IMG/VR virus record: IMGVR_UViG_3300013094_000017
Location: 195,420 to 259,419 of that record
Length of the DNA: 64,000 nucleotides
Reading direction: 5' to 3' (one strand)
Of this stretch, positions 19,690 through 29,292 are shown piece after piece. A program made the position numbers and the translations under genes. The notes beneath the pieces were generated by a model. It saw only the letters and a program-made list of their open reading frames with translations, had not been told where the DNA came from and searched no databases. Position 1 is the first letter of the stretch. Each line of letters begins with the position of its first letter.

Positions 19690-21136
19690 TACAGATTACA
19701 GCTATGATATACAGAAACTATACTTGGAGATGTTCTTAAGCGACGCAGAAACGTTTGTTCGCTGTCAAAGCATCTTTGAGCCCGAAAACTTTGATCAAAA
19801 GTTACGTGAGACAGCCAAGTTTATGACTGAGTATGTAGATCAATACAAAGTTATGCCAGAGGCAAGTATTATCAATGCTAGCTGTAAGATGACATTAGAA
19901 CCAGCAGTATTACCTAAACAAAACTACGAGTGGTTACTAACAGAGTTTGAAAACTTTAGTCGTCACAAGGGACTTGAGCGTGCTATTCTTAAATCAGCTG
20001 ACCTGCTTGAAAAGGGCGATTACGGTCCTGTAGAAAAGCTAGTTAAGGATGCTATACAGATTAGCCTAACCAAAGACATGGGCACAGACTACTGGCATGA
20101 CCCTAGAGCACGCCTAATGAAGCTCAAAGACAATGCAGGACAGGTCAGTACAGGTTGGCCCACTGTAGATCGTAAACTATACGGCGGCTTTAAACGCGGC
20201 GAATTAAACATTTGGTGTGCAGGTTCAGGGGGTGGTAAGAGTTTATTCCTTGCTAACTTGGGCGTTAACTTTGCACTTGCTGGACTCAATGTCATTTACT
20301 TTACATTCGAGTTGAGCGAAGAACTAGTGGGCATGCGTGTGGACAGTATGGTTACAGGTGTAGCCACACGTGATGTATTCAAGAGCTTAGATGATGTGGA
20401 AATGAAGGTTAAATTGACGGGTCGGAAGGCAGGAGGAATGCAGATAAAATACATGCCTTCTGGGAAGAATTGTAATGATTTGAGGTCGTATTTGAAGGAA
20501 TATGAAGTCAAAACAGGCAAAAAACCTGACATATTATTAGTGGACTACTTAGACCTTATGATGCCTCTATCGGTGAAGGTTAGTCCAAGTGATTTATTTG
20601 TTAAAGACAAGTATGTAAGTGAAGAACTACGTAACCTTGCCATGGAAAGTCAAACAGTGGTTGTAACTGCGGCACAGTTGAATCGTGCGGCTGTAGAAGA
20701 GATTGAGTTTGATCACAGTCATATTAGTGGCGGGTTAAGTAAGATTCAAACAGCAGATAACGTAATTGGTATCTTTACTAGCCGTGCTATGAAAGAACGC
20801 GGTCGCTATCAAATACAGTTTATGAAAACACGTAGTTCAAGCGGTGTTGGACAGAAAGTAGATCTAGAGTTTAATGTAGACAGTCTACGCATCAGCGACC
20901 TAGGTGAAGAAGAAGGTGAGCAATCCTTTAATCAACAACGTACTGGCACTACAGCTAATATTGTAAATCAGTTTAAAAAGACCAGCACAGTAACAGCCAA
21001 CAACGTAGATACCGAAACAGGTGAGATACGCAGTGCTGATCCAGCAGATGGTGTAGCAGTGGGCAAGGTACGAGGATCAGCTGGTAGTAGCAAGATTCGC
21101 GAGATGCTGGCTAATCTAAACTCAGAAAAAGATTAA
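19682..21136 (+). CDS. gp41: replicative DnaB-like helicase (T4 gp41-like)
   Basis: AGSGGGKS, LLVDYLDLM, TAAQLNR, KTR motifs. Confidence 0.94.
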   Translation: MTNTDYSYDIQKLYLEMFLSDAETFVRCQSIFEPENFDQKLRETAKFMTEYVDQYKVMPEASIINASCKMTLEPAVLPKQNYEWLLTEFENFSRHKGLERAILKSADLLEKGDYGPVEKLVKDAIQISLTKDMGTDYWHDPRARLMKLKDNAGQVSTGWPTVDRKLYGGFKRGELNIWCAGSGGGKSLFLANLGVNFALAGLNVIYFTFELSEELVGMRVDSMVTGVATRDVFKSLDDVEMKVKLTGRKAGGMQIKYMPSGKNCNDLRSYLKEYEVKTGKKPDILLVDYLDLMMPLSVKVSPSDLFVKDKYVSEELRNLAMESQTVVVTAAQLNRAAVEEIEFDHSHISGGLSKIQTADNVIGIFTSRAMKERGRYQIQFMKTRSSSGVGQKVDLEFNVDSLRISDLGEEEGEQSFNQQRTGTTANIVNQFKKTSTVTANNVDTETGEIRSADPADGVAVGKVRGSAGSSKIREMLANLNSEKD

Positions 21137-21144
21137 ATAGTCAT

Positions 21145-21828
21145 ATGACTAAGTTTGCCCCACCTATTGAACCACATAAAGAACTAAATCCTGCTCTATG
21201 GGATGGTAACACCATTAAACCCGAAGTACAGGTTGCACTGCTACGCATTGCCAAGGAGTTCTTTAAGTTCCTTGAGATCAATACCAAGATCAACGATATA
21301 GTTATTTCGGGCAGCCAAGCAAACTATAACTACACCAGTCATAGTGATATTGACCTACACTTAATAGTTCCAATGGAAAATATCCAATGTGACGAACCAA
21401 TTGAAGCACTGTTTGATACCAAACGCAAACTATGGAAGGCCAAACATACTATTGATATCTACGGTATTCCAGTAGAGTGTTACGCAGAAGATCGTGCCAA
21501 ACCGGCTGTTAGCTCCAGCTACAGTCTAATACATAATAAGTGGATTAAAGAACCAGACAGCAGTCGTGTAGAATATAACAGATCACAAGTAGAACACTCT
21601 GTCAAGGTGTGGACTACATTGATCGATCACGCAGTTGGTACTCAAGACCTAACAGAGCTACAACGACTAACAGAACTACTAATGACCTATCGTAAAGTTG
21701 GACTGGCCCAGCAGGGTGAGTTTGGTCCAGCTAATCTTACGTTTAAGAGCCTACGTAATGCAGGCACCCTTGAGCGCCTACATACTGCATTGAATCAAAC
21801 TCGAGACAACGACCTTAGCTTGGATTAG
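21145..21828 (+). CDS. nucleotidyltransferase (Pol beta superfamily)
   Basis: GSQANY...SDIDLH signature and third acidic residue in VECY. Confidence 0.8.
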   Translation: MTKFAPPIEPHKELNPALWDGNTIKPEVQVALLRIAKEFFKFLEINTKINDIVISGSQANYNYTSHSDIDLHLIVPMENIQCDEPIEALFDTKRKLWKAKHTIDIYGIPVECYAEDRAKPAVSSSYSLIHNKWIKEPDSSRVEYNRSQVEHSVKVWTTLIDHAVGTQDLTELQRLTELLMTYRKVGLAQQGEFGPANLTFKSLRNAGTLERLHTALNQTRDNDLSLD

Positions 21829-22477
21829 CGGGAACTACCTGCGGGATATATTTCATAGCTAGATTTACACGCATCTGCGGACTTTGTCCGGGCCAGTGCA
21901 TGATCCAATCGCCCGGCTGCCATTGACCACTGGTGCCTAATTTATCCAACTGACTATCAGCATCGGTATGACAGCCATCGGAAAAGCAGGCCGCATTAAG
22001 TGTACGCTGCGGCACAATCTTAACAATATCCTTGTATTCTTCTAGAGTATCAATCATAACCTGCTGTTCTTTCCAATCATGGTGTTGATATTGAGGCATC
22101 TTGCTCATGATCATTTCTAACCAGCCGCGCCCTTGTTCTGTATTACGAACCATGAGCATGCCCGCATTGATACCGTTCCAATAGGTGGCCAGCATCACAT
22201 GATAGTTGTTATCAGCTACATCTTCTATCTTGGTGCTGAAGTTTGTGATCAGTGCATCGCAGTCTTTCCATAGAATCCATTCTACCTCGGGATTCATGCG
22301 ACAAATAGCCAGTAGGCCGTCTATCTTGGCAAAGCCCGGAGGCATGCCGTAGTTGCTGTCCAGCACAGCAAATGGATAGCCATGTGCTTCACAGTACTTT
22401 AATCCATTTTGATCCCAGGTCAAAGGACTGAGATAAGCGTATCCTTGATCGTGCATAGTTGCCACTGCCATTACCAT
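21815..22477 (-). CDS. GT-A glycosyltransferase, GMA12/MNN10 (GT34)-like
   Basis: WILWKDCDALITN (DxD), INAGMLMVRN, WKEQ, WIMHWPG. Confidence 0.75.
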   Translation of the reverse strand: MVMAVATMHDQGYAYLSPLTWDQNGLKYCEAHGYPFAVLDSNYGMPPGFAKIDGLLAICRMNPEVEWILWKDCDALITNFSTKIEDVADNNYHVMLATYWNGINAGMLMVRNTEQGRGWLEMIMSKMPQYQHHDWKEQQVMIDTLEEYKDIVKIVPQRTLNAACFSDGCHTDADSQLDKLGTSGQWQPGDWIMHWPGQSPQMRVNLAMKYIPQVVPANPS

Positions 22478-22487
22478 ATTAGGTTCC

Positions 22488-23264
22488 TTAAAAGTAAAAT
22501 ATATTTGGACGCCATGGATAGTTAACTTCCAAGCGTTCTAGTGTTTCGTTCTTGCGTGTTTCTATCCACATGGTCTTGCCCAGAGCCAGCCCCACAGCGC
22601 AGGGGCTACTCATACTGGTGATCAGCATTTCGCTGCCCTGTATGACCTGTGCCATGTTATAGAATGTGGGCGTAACATGGTGAGGTACAGAAACATTCAT
22701 AGTGGAGCAGAACCAATCGTGATCCTCTTTGAGTCCAATGAACACTGCTTGATCAGCTAGCCCCCAATCCAACCAACTGCGCCATTGAGGGCTTTCCACT
22801 GCATTGCCTTCTTGATAGCGAGGGCCCCGGAAGATCACATAGGGACGGCCGGGAATCTTAATGGGCTCGCGACATTCCATGTAGGGTTCAACCTGTAGGG
22901 GTATGCGATACTGATCTAGGTCCATGCCCAGAGCTCGAGCATATTGATTGGCAAAGTTACGGGGAAATACACCAGTTTCATGATGTCGAGCCGCTTCGTC
23001 TAGATCATAGTCCACTGGTTCACCCTGCCAGACGGTAAAGCCCGAGATATAAGGTTGATGCAGAATAAAATCCCGCATGCTGTCAAAGTCCTCAATACGC
23101 ATGCGACCTCGATGCACACCAACATCACCCCAACCTAGTTTTTCTCGCACCATCTGCTCTAGATTGTGTAGTTTAAGATATAAGTGTCCCCCACCTAGAG
23201 CTCGCACCACGCTCAGAGAGTTGAACACATCCCCTGTAGTACCTGAATGGCTGAATGTTTTCAT
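22488..23264 (-). CDS. GT-B glycosyltransferase, GT9/heptosyltransferase-like
   Basis: HSGTTGDVFNSL N-terminal loop; AQVIQGSEMLITSMSSP..VGLALG C-terminal pattern. Confidence 0.55.
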   Translation of the reverse strand: MKTFSHSGTTGDVFNSLSVVRALGGGHLYLKLHNLEQMVREKLGWGDVGVHRGRMRIEDFDSMRDFILHQPYISGFTVWQGEPVDYDLDEAARHHETGVFPRNFANQYARALGMDLDQYRIPLQVEPYMECREPIKIPGRPYVIFRGPRYQEGNAVESPQWRSWLDWGLADQAVFIGLKEDHDWFCSTMNVSVPHHVTPTFYNMAQVIQGSEMLITSMSSPCAVGLALGKTMWIETRKNETLERLEVNYPWRPNIFYF

Positions 23265-23377
23265 ATAGACTATTTAAACGGGGGTCAGGACAGGCTGCCA
23301 AGATCCGAGCGCGAAGCGCCTAGCGCGAAAAAATTCTAGGTCTTTAACTGCGCAGTTAACTCCAGCTGGATCAGTCT

Positions 23378-23590
23378 CTAGCCCAGGTCCTGTCCCTGGT
23401 TTAACAGCTCTATAGCATCAACTACCTGATCGTGGTCCACATAGTAACGTATATGCTGCTGTCCTCGGGGATCCTGCCAACGTAAGAGCCACGTGGTGCC
23501 AATCTCAGCCACAGCAAATACATAGCCTAATTGATTACGTATGGGTCCTATACGCCAGTGTGTGACAGCGTGAAAATCGTGATCGAACAT
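23378..23590 (-). CDS. hypothetical protein
   Basis: ORF track; TAAATA a few nt upstream on the minus strand. Confidence 0.45.
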   Translation of the reverse strand: MFDHDFHAVTHWRIGPIRNQLGYVFAVAEIGTTWLLRWQDPRGQQHIRYYVDHDQVVDAIELLNQGQDLG

Positions 23591-23667
23591 ATGGTTATTT
23601 AACTCGAGTTGACAGCAGGACTAAGATAGTGTATAATATAAGCTCACAATCTGATATAAGGTGTTAT

Positions 23668-23856
23668 ATGAGCAATCCCTGTCAACACTGCCGTAAGGAC
23701 ATGCCATTCGGAGCCATGATATGTCCATGGTGTAGAAGTAGAGTAGATACATTAGATACTGGTATCATTGGATGGTTTCTATTGGTCATAGCCTTGGCTT
23801 GGATTTGGGTCAACTGGTTACTGCCCTTATGGCATTGGCTCACACACATATTCTGA
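23668..23856 (+). CDS. small zinc-ribbon membrane protein
   Basis: CxxC...CxxC plus a TM helix; TTGACA-17-TATAAT at about 23610-23638. Confidence 0.6.
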   Translation: MSNPCQHCRKDMPFGAMICPWCRSRVDTLDTGIIGWFLLVIALAWIWVNWLLPLWHWLTHIF

Positions 23857-23927
23857 TCTATATATAGACCAAAAAAAATTGTGCAAAAAAATTTTAAACC
23901 ATGAAATCTATTCCTTAAGGACTAATC

Positions 23928-24170
23928 TTGTACATACAACTGACCAACAGTCATCCAGACTACCTAAATGAACCTATTATAATTAACACACATAACATAG
24001 TGACTGTCTACACACAAGAAGTGGCACCTAACCTTAGAGTAACATGTATACACTGTCCTCCCTACGGTACTTGGAATGTGCAGGAAAGCATAAGTGAAGT
24101 AAGAGCCAGGTTAGACCGGGTAACGCCTAGTGAAAGGCAAAAGGCTGTACCTGAGGTTAAGAGTGCATAA
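23928..24170 (+). CDS. hypothetical protein
   Basis: AAGGA SD before TTG. Confidence 0.55.
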   Translation: MYIQLTNSHPDYLNEPIIINTHNIVTVYTQEVAPNLRVTCIHCPPYGTWNVQESISEVRARLDRVTPSERQKAVPEVKSA

Positions 24171-24465
24171 GCATAGAGTCACCCTGTATAGTGAGAACAT
24201 ATACGTATGGGATGCTTTGAGCCTATACGATACTTACTCGAATATGCCTACTCCTAGAGCTAACCTGCCCGTAGATGATCTAACTGTGATCGAATACTTT
24301 AGTCATACCCGAGAAGCAGCATGGGCAGAGCAGCAGGCTGATATTCAGCTAATACTGGTCAAAGATGAAGTCAAGCATGCTTATACTTGTGAAGTTAGTA
24401 TATGTGCGGACCTAACTGATAGACAGTATGCGGACTATATACTCCGAGGCCTACGTATAGAGTAA
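24130..24465 (+). CDS. hypothetical protein
   Basis: ORF track; overlaps the upstream gene, true start uncertain. Confidence 0.45.
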   Translation: MKGKRLYLRLRVHKHRVTLYSENIYVWDALSLYDTYSNMPTPRANLPVDDLTVIEYFSHTREAAWAEQQADIQLILVKDEVKHAYTCEVSICADLTDRQYADYILRGLRIE

Positions 24466-24587
24466 AAAAATTGCCGCGCAAAAATTTAAATGGTTGGAGA
24501 ACCATGGCCATGGTGATTGCGCTCCACTGATGGAAGATTTGGCAAGCTAGCTGCTGCTGCAAGCATGCTTGTAGCATGTATACCGGT

Positions 24588-24630
24588 CCACCCCACCTGG
24601 CCCCACCATCCCCCACCACCCCCCACCTGG
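24588..24630 (-). other. G-quadruplex-forming motif
   Basis: minus strand GGTGGGGGGTGGTGGGGGATGGTGGGGCCAGGTGGGGTGG: four runs of at least 4 G. Confidence 0.7.
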
Positions 24631-24641
24631 TGCCTCAAGCC

Positions 24642-24665
24642 AAAAAAAAGGGCACCTAAGTGCCC
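24642..24665 (-). terminator. rho-independent terminator ending the early array
   Basis: minus strand GGGCAC-TTAG-GTGCCC followed by a T run. Confidence 0.85.
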
Positions 24666-24681
24666 CCTAATGACCTCAGCT

Positions 24682-25032
24682 CTAATCTAATCTACTGCCA
24701 CCATAGGCCTTCAAGCCTAGCTCGTTAACTAATACTTCAGCGTAGGCATACGCACCCGCTTCCTTAACGCTAACGCTCTGCGTAGGATAGCCTGCTGGAT
24801 CCCACAACTGTAAGCCTCCATTGTATGCTTTACGGAAGCCTACACTGGCTAACCACTTGCCCAACTTGCTGTTCGTGCGCACATCGTATACAGTGACCCA
24901 ACCAAAGCCACATGCATCACGCTCGCCTACCTTGCTGTACATGTCAGCAGCCGCTAGCTTGCTTACTGCTAGAGCCTTGGCTAATACTTGTTCTACGAAG
25001 TCTTGCTTTAGTTCAGTTGCTTTTAGTTCCAT
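24682..25032 (-). CDS. early hypothetical protein
   Basis: own promoter-leader cassette; CGFGWV motif. Confidence 0.7.
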   Translation of the reverse strand: MELKATELKQDFVEQVLAKALAVSKLAAADMYSKVGERDACGFGWVTVYDVRTNSKLGKWLASVGFRKAYNGGLQLWDPAGYPTQSVSVKEAGAYAYAEVLVNELGLKAYGGSRLD

Positions 25033-25096
25033 TTTGTTTCTCCGTTGTGTTAGTGTATACGTAGTATAATATCAAACCTGCCAGCTGTCAACTACT

Positions 25097-25411
25097 TTAT
25101 GCCAACTCCTTAAGCTCACGCTGTAGCTTCTTCAATTGCTTCTGTAAGTCCTTAAGCTTCACAGCCGCGCTAATATCAATCGCATGCTTAAACTTCTTAT
25201 TCTCCCAATCTCTGTCACTAACAATAGCATCCACATACATGTCAACAATAGTCTTTAGTGTAGCGTTCCACTTAGCACCGTCTAAGCACGTGTCCCAACA
25301 TTCAATCTCATACTTGTCTGCAATGTAGTCATCAAGCTCACTTAAGCGTTCAATCACTTCTGTTTCAATGTCGTTAGCTACATCGTCAATTGTTTTAATT
25401 TTCTTAGCCAT
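25097..25411 (-). CDS. early hypothetical protein
   Basis: cassette upstream; coiled-coil tail. Confidence 0.65.
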   Translation of the reverse strand: MAKKIKTIDDVANDIETEVIERLSELDDYIADKYEIECWDTCLDGAKWNATLKTIVDMYVDAIVSDRDWENKKFKHAIDISAAVKLKDLQKQLKKLQRELKELA

Positions 25412-25472
25412 TTTGTTTACCTCGTTGCGTTAGTGTCTGTGTAGTATACTATCGATTAAACCCTAAGTCAAC

Positions 25473-25667
25473 CTATTTCTTTACTCGAACAGTGAATAGA
25501 CTGCCTAGTAGGGCTGTGGCTAACCAAGTGTTGAATGTGTAGGGAATAGCCAATGCGGGGAATAAAGTATCCAATGACCATATGGTTAAGATAGGTCCTA
25601 GAATGACTGCTAAGATACCTAATACTACTAGGCCTAGTACGCCAAAGGCTTTGGTGGATGATTTCAT
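25473..25667 (-). CDS. small membrane protein
   Basis: two hydrophobic segments. Confidence 0.55.
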   Translation of the reverse strand: MKSSTKAFGVLGLVVLGILAVILGPILTIWSLDTLFPALAIPYTFNTWLATALLGSLFTVRVKK

Positions 25668-25966
25668 TAGTTTAGATCCTTATGATAGAATTGGTCCATT
25701 TGGTATAGGCTCACACAGGTTAGTACGAGGATACCTAATAGTCCCAATGTTGAGGGTGTGTTAACTTCATATGCTATAAGAGCAAGTAGCAAGGCCTTGC
25801 TGGTATATATCTTAATCATTTAATTTCTCCTAGTGTTGTAATGCATGAGTGCATTATATAGTCTAAGCGGCCTTATGTCAACTTCGGATGGCACGGATGC
25901 CTAGGGTGAGGATGAGGCCAAACACTAGGATCACTGCTATAGGTATTAGGGCTACTAGGTTGTACA

Positions 25967-26230
25967 TTATAATACTCCTTCTGATTCTAGTTCAGCTACT
26001 GCTTCGTTGAATAGGCTTTCTAGGTCGCGGACTTGGTTGGCCACTCTAATGTCTTTCCGACGCTTACGGAGTGCTGTGCCTTTCTGATACATTAAAGGGT
26101 GATGCAGTTTACAGTATACTGCACCATCCACTAGGTCCTTTGATCCACACTCGGTTGGATTATCGCCAAGCCATTGACATCCGAGTGCTCTAACCAGGGC
26201 TAGATCAAGTACCGGATTATTTGTTTTCAT
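25967..26230 (-). CDS. small Cys/His zinc-binding protein
   Basis: CQW...C...YCKLH (GcrA C-terminus-like pattern). Confidence 0.55.
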   Translation of the reverse strand: MKTNNPVLDLALVRALGCQWLGDNPTECGSKDLVDGAVYCKLHHPLMYQKGTALRKRRKDIRVANQVRDLESLFNEAVAELESEGVL

Positions 26231-26453
26231 TGTTAACCATCTTCTTTACTAGTTTTTCAGTATCGATGCCCATATCTTTTAATATGATCAGCATGACTGT
26301 TGATGTTTCTACTCGGCCGGCAGTGCGTTCCTGGTGTGCAATGATCACCAAGAGGGCAATCAAACTCCACCACTGCCAACCCCAACCTAAGTTGAGGGTG
26401 GCCAGTACTAGACCGTAGGTTAGATATAATGCTACGTTTAATATCTTATCCAT
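26217..26453 (-). CDS. small membrane protein
   Basis: hydrophobic N-half; coupled to the ATPase. Confidence 0.55.
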   Translation of the reverse strand: MDKILNVALYLTYGLVLATLNLGWGWQWWSLIALLVIIAHQERTAGRVETSTVMLIILKDMGIDTEKLVKKMVNNENK

Positions 26454-27313
26454 TAGGCACGACGCATACAGGTTGTTGAAGCCATAGCCTGCCAGTTGCT
26501 GGGAAAGCTCTTGCGCAGGTCAGCTACCTTAAGTACCATGCGTAGGCTTAGCTCTCTGAGCTTGGCCGCGTTCACAGTGATGAAGTTAACGATCTCATCT
26601 TTGGTCACCTGTTCAAACTCATAGTCATCTAACATACCTTCATTAACAATCTGCTTGATGCGCAGGATCTTCTCGCGGTCTGTGTCCATCTCTAAGTCGA
26701 TGTAATGGCAACGACTTTCGAGCGCATCTAAGTGGTCCTTCAATCGTTTGCTTTTCACATGATGGAATTTAATATTAGTGATAAAGATCGCCGCACCTTT
26801 GAACTCAAACCTGTCTGGAATGCCTTCACTGCGTAGCATACGGCTGTCAGTGTTCCAAGCAATGTATCGCTTCTTGCTACTATCTAATGCGCCCTTGAGG
26901 ATGTTAAGGCTAAGGTCTTCCATAAGAATACTGTCGCAGTCATCGAACACTATAACGTTGCCTTCGTCTGCGAATTCGTATAACTTAGCATATAGTCCGA
27001 GGCTACTCATCGCACCTTTGACCACTTCGTATTTAGGTTTCTTATTACCTAACGTGTTGAATAGATCGTCCTTGCTGAGTACTGCCTCAACACCAAAGCT
27101 CTTACCTACACCTGGGGGACCACTTACGATCATAGCACGTACATCGCCATGCTTGACTGCTTTGGTCATGTCAGTTAAGATACTGAAGCGAGCACTTAGG
27201 CGTTCAATGATCTCTTCGTCAGTCTCTAAAGCCACTGATAGTTCTAAGGCCTTAATCGCATCGGTATCAAACTCTAGTACTGATACGCCACCACTCTTAT
27301 TTGCTTTTGCCAT
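26453..27313 (-). CDS. AAA+ family ATPase
   Basis: GPPGVGKS Walker A, VIVFDDCD Walker B, ITN sensor, SR finger; early cassette. Confidence 0.88.
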   Translation of the reverse strand: MAKANKSGGVSVLEFDTDAIKALELSVALETDEEIIERLSARFSILTDMTKAVKHGDVRAMIVSGPPGVGKSFGVEAVLSKDDLFNTLGNKKPKYEVVKGAMSSLGLYAKLYEFADEGNVIVFDDCDSILMEDLSLNILKGALDSSKKRYIAWNTDSRMLRSEGIPDRFEFKGAAIFITNIKFHHVKSKRLKDHLDALESRCHYIDLEMDTDREKILRIKQIVNEGMLDDYEFEQVTKDEIVNFITVNAAKLRELSLRMVLKVADLRKSFPSNWQAMASTTCMRRA

Positions 27314-27575
27314 TTGCTTTCCTTGTTTTGTTAGTGTAAGTGTGTATTATAACACCTAGCCTAGGCCTTGTCAACCACTTCTTTTTCAACAGTGGCGCCT
27401 GTATACTTCTGGCCTGCCTTGTGAATCAATCCCCAAGGATAGTATGTAATAGTTCCGCCCGAAGCAGAAGTTTTTGTAGTGCCTGGTGTGTTCATGTTAT
27501 ACTCCGAATACCAATTTGCCTAATAAGAACCCTGCAAAAAACAGGGCCACCCAACCTACTAAACGATCTCCCCAG

Positions 27576-27782
27576 TTAGGCTCCATAGTATTCTGCTCCT
27601 TCATCATACTCGTCGGCAGTGTCTTCGTCTTCTTCAAAGAAGCCTTCCAACTCAGTAGCGCAGAAGTCCTCGACAGCCGCTTCGCTCATTGTGGTCATTA
27701 AGCTGGTTGCCAACCACATTGGGTCAACGATGCCTTCTACCATTAGATCATAAAGCCTGTTAGTGTATTTGCGTGTTGCCAT
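27576..27782 (-). CDS. early acidic hypothetical protein
   Basis: cassette upstream. Confidence 0.65.
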   Translation of the reverse strand: MATRKYTNRLYDLMVEGIVDPMWLATSLMTTMSEAAVEDFCATELEGFFEEDEDTADEYDEGAEYYGA

Positions 27783-27999
27783 TTTGTTTCTCCGTTGTGT
27801 TAGTGTAAGTGCATTATAGCAGGAGTTAGCCCAAATGTCAACCTATGTTCTTGCTATGATAGCCTGTGAGTAGATGATAGATCCCAGAACCTCTGCGGAG
27901 GAGGTCACTCCACCTTGTAGCTCCCAACCATTGGCCAAGGCTGCACGTATTTCCTTTTCAACCTCTGCTAAGGTACCTGTGACAATCTTGTATCGCATA

Positions 28000-28257
28000 T
28001 TAACCTTTCTCTGCTAGTTCCTGACACCAGACGCATCGTGTGCAGCCTAGGATGGCCTGTCTGCGAGGTTCCGGAATGGCCTCACCACAGTCCTCACACT
28101 CGGTTAGACTTGGTTGTGCCGCTTGCTCTGCTAGTCGACGCTGAACATCAGCTACCGCGTTCATGTTTAGGTGGATGGCGTGAATCTGGCCTAACTCTTC
28201 TTCGGCTCTGTTATCCATGAAGTTATCTTCTTGGTGCAATACATCTTTAGTTGTCAT
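28000..28257 (-). CDS. TraR/DksA C4-zinc-finger transcription factor
   Basis: CEDCGEAIPEPRRQAILGCTRCVWCQ after an N-terminal helix; 85 aa is TraR size. Confidence 0.88.
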   Translation of the reverse strand: MTTKDVLHQEDNFMDNRAEEELGQIHAIHLNMNAVADVQRRLAEQAAQPSLTECEDCGEAIPEPRRQAILGCTRCVWCQELAEKG

Positions 28258-28369
28258 TAGATTTGCCTTTGTGTTTGGTCTTGCGGGTGAACTTGGTACG
28301 GTCCTTCTCTACCTTTGCTTTGAAAGGAAGATCCTTGTTGAATAGTGCATAGTGTCTGCGTACTGTCAT
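28247..28369 (-). CDS. 40-aa basic peptide resembling ArfA (not in the ORF track)
   Basis: MTVRRHYALFNKDLPFKAKVEKDRTKFTRKTKHKGKSNDN; own early cassette. Confidence 0.5.
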   Translation of the reverse strand: MTVRRHYALFNKDLPFKAKVEKDRTKFTRKTKHKGKSNDN

Positions 28370-28577
28370 TTTAATCTTTCTGCTCGTTTTCATAGTGTAA
28401 GTATTATACTACCTTAAACCTCTGATGTCAACCCCTAAATGAGGTCAAGAGAAAGCCCGCAACATGCAGGCTTTTTCTTAGGTCTAGCTATATGTTAGGT
28501 TTAGTAACTTTACATACCATGCCCTTTCTTCAAAATTGATTTAAGTGTTATCTCTTACTAAACTACATTATACTATC

Positions 28578-29021
28578 TTAAACGAATCCTGTCAATGCTC
28601 GTTGGTATCGTTCCTCTTGGTGTCGTGCCCAACTCATCTCTAGGCCATGCTGTATACGCTCCCTATCAAACCATTCAGCTAGGGCAGGAAACTCGATTAA
28701 CGGTAGTTCTATACCATAGTCATCTTCGAACCAATCTGTTCTGATCTTCCAGGTCTCTGGTACCAAGTTTCGATGCACACCGATGTTGGTTTCGATCATT
28801 AATCGTTTCCATTTGCGAACCAATGTGTTTATGGTATTGGTCCAATAGGTATTGGCCCATGTGTTTGGTTGTGTCCTGGACAATGCTTCTCGAGCTTGGT
28901 CTAATCGAATGCCCAAGGCATCCAACTCATACTCAGTGGGGAATAGGTTCTTAGGTTCCCAATCGCCTAGATCTAAGGGCAATACCACTGCCTCTGGCTC
29001 TTTAGGTTTAAACCAACGCAT
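28578..29021 (-). CDS. hypothetical protein
   Basis: ORF track; coupled to the upstream gene. Confidence 0.55.
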   Translation of the reverse strand: MRWFKPKEPEAVVLPLDLGDWEPKNLFPTEYELDALGIRLDQAREALSRTQPNTWANTYWTNTINTLVRKWKRLMIETNIGVHRNLVPETWKIRTDWFEDDYGIELPLIEFPALAEWFDRERIQHGLEMSWARHQEERYQRALTGFV

Positions 29022-29292
29022 CTTCTAACTCCTCGGGAATGTCATTTAGGACCTTGCGCTTCTTAGTCTCTGCTATCAAGCAGGCCTGCACTTCTGCATT
29101 GCCGTTGGCAAAGCCTATGGCGAATAGGAATGCCAGTGCATCCTCTTTGGTGCTGGGATACTTAAGTTCCACTAGGTCGATGTCCTTGTGTCCGCATTTG
29201 ATTAGGATCTTTACTCGGTGATAACTGTTGGCATATCGAACTTTGAGTTTACCGTCGAGTCTACTAACGCCTGCGTGTGTGTATGATTTCAT
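29008..29292 (-). CDS. early hypothetical protein
   Basis: cassette upstream. Confidence 0.65.
   Translation of the reverse strand: MKSYTHAGVSRLDGKLKVRYANSYHRVKILIKCGHKDIDLVELKYPSTKEDALAFLFAIGFANGNAEVQACLIAETKKRKVLNDIPEELEDALV

Noticed and set aside
3956-21136. Inteins or introns in terL, uvsX, uvsW, primase or helicase
   Set aside because: Lengths are normal, motifs are contiguous, and no C...HN splice motifs are seen
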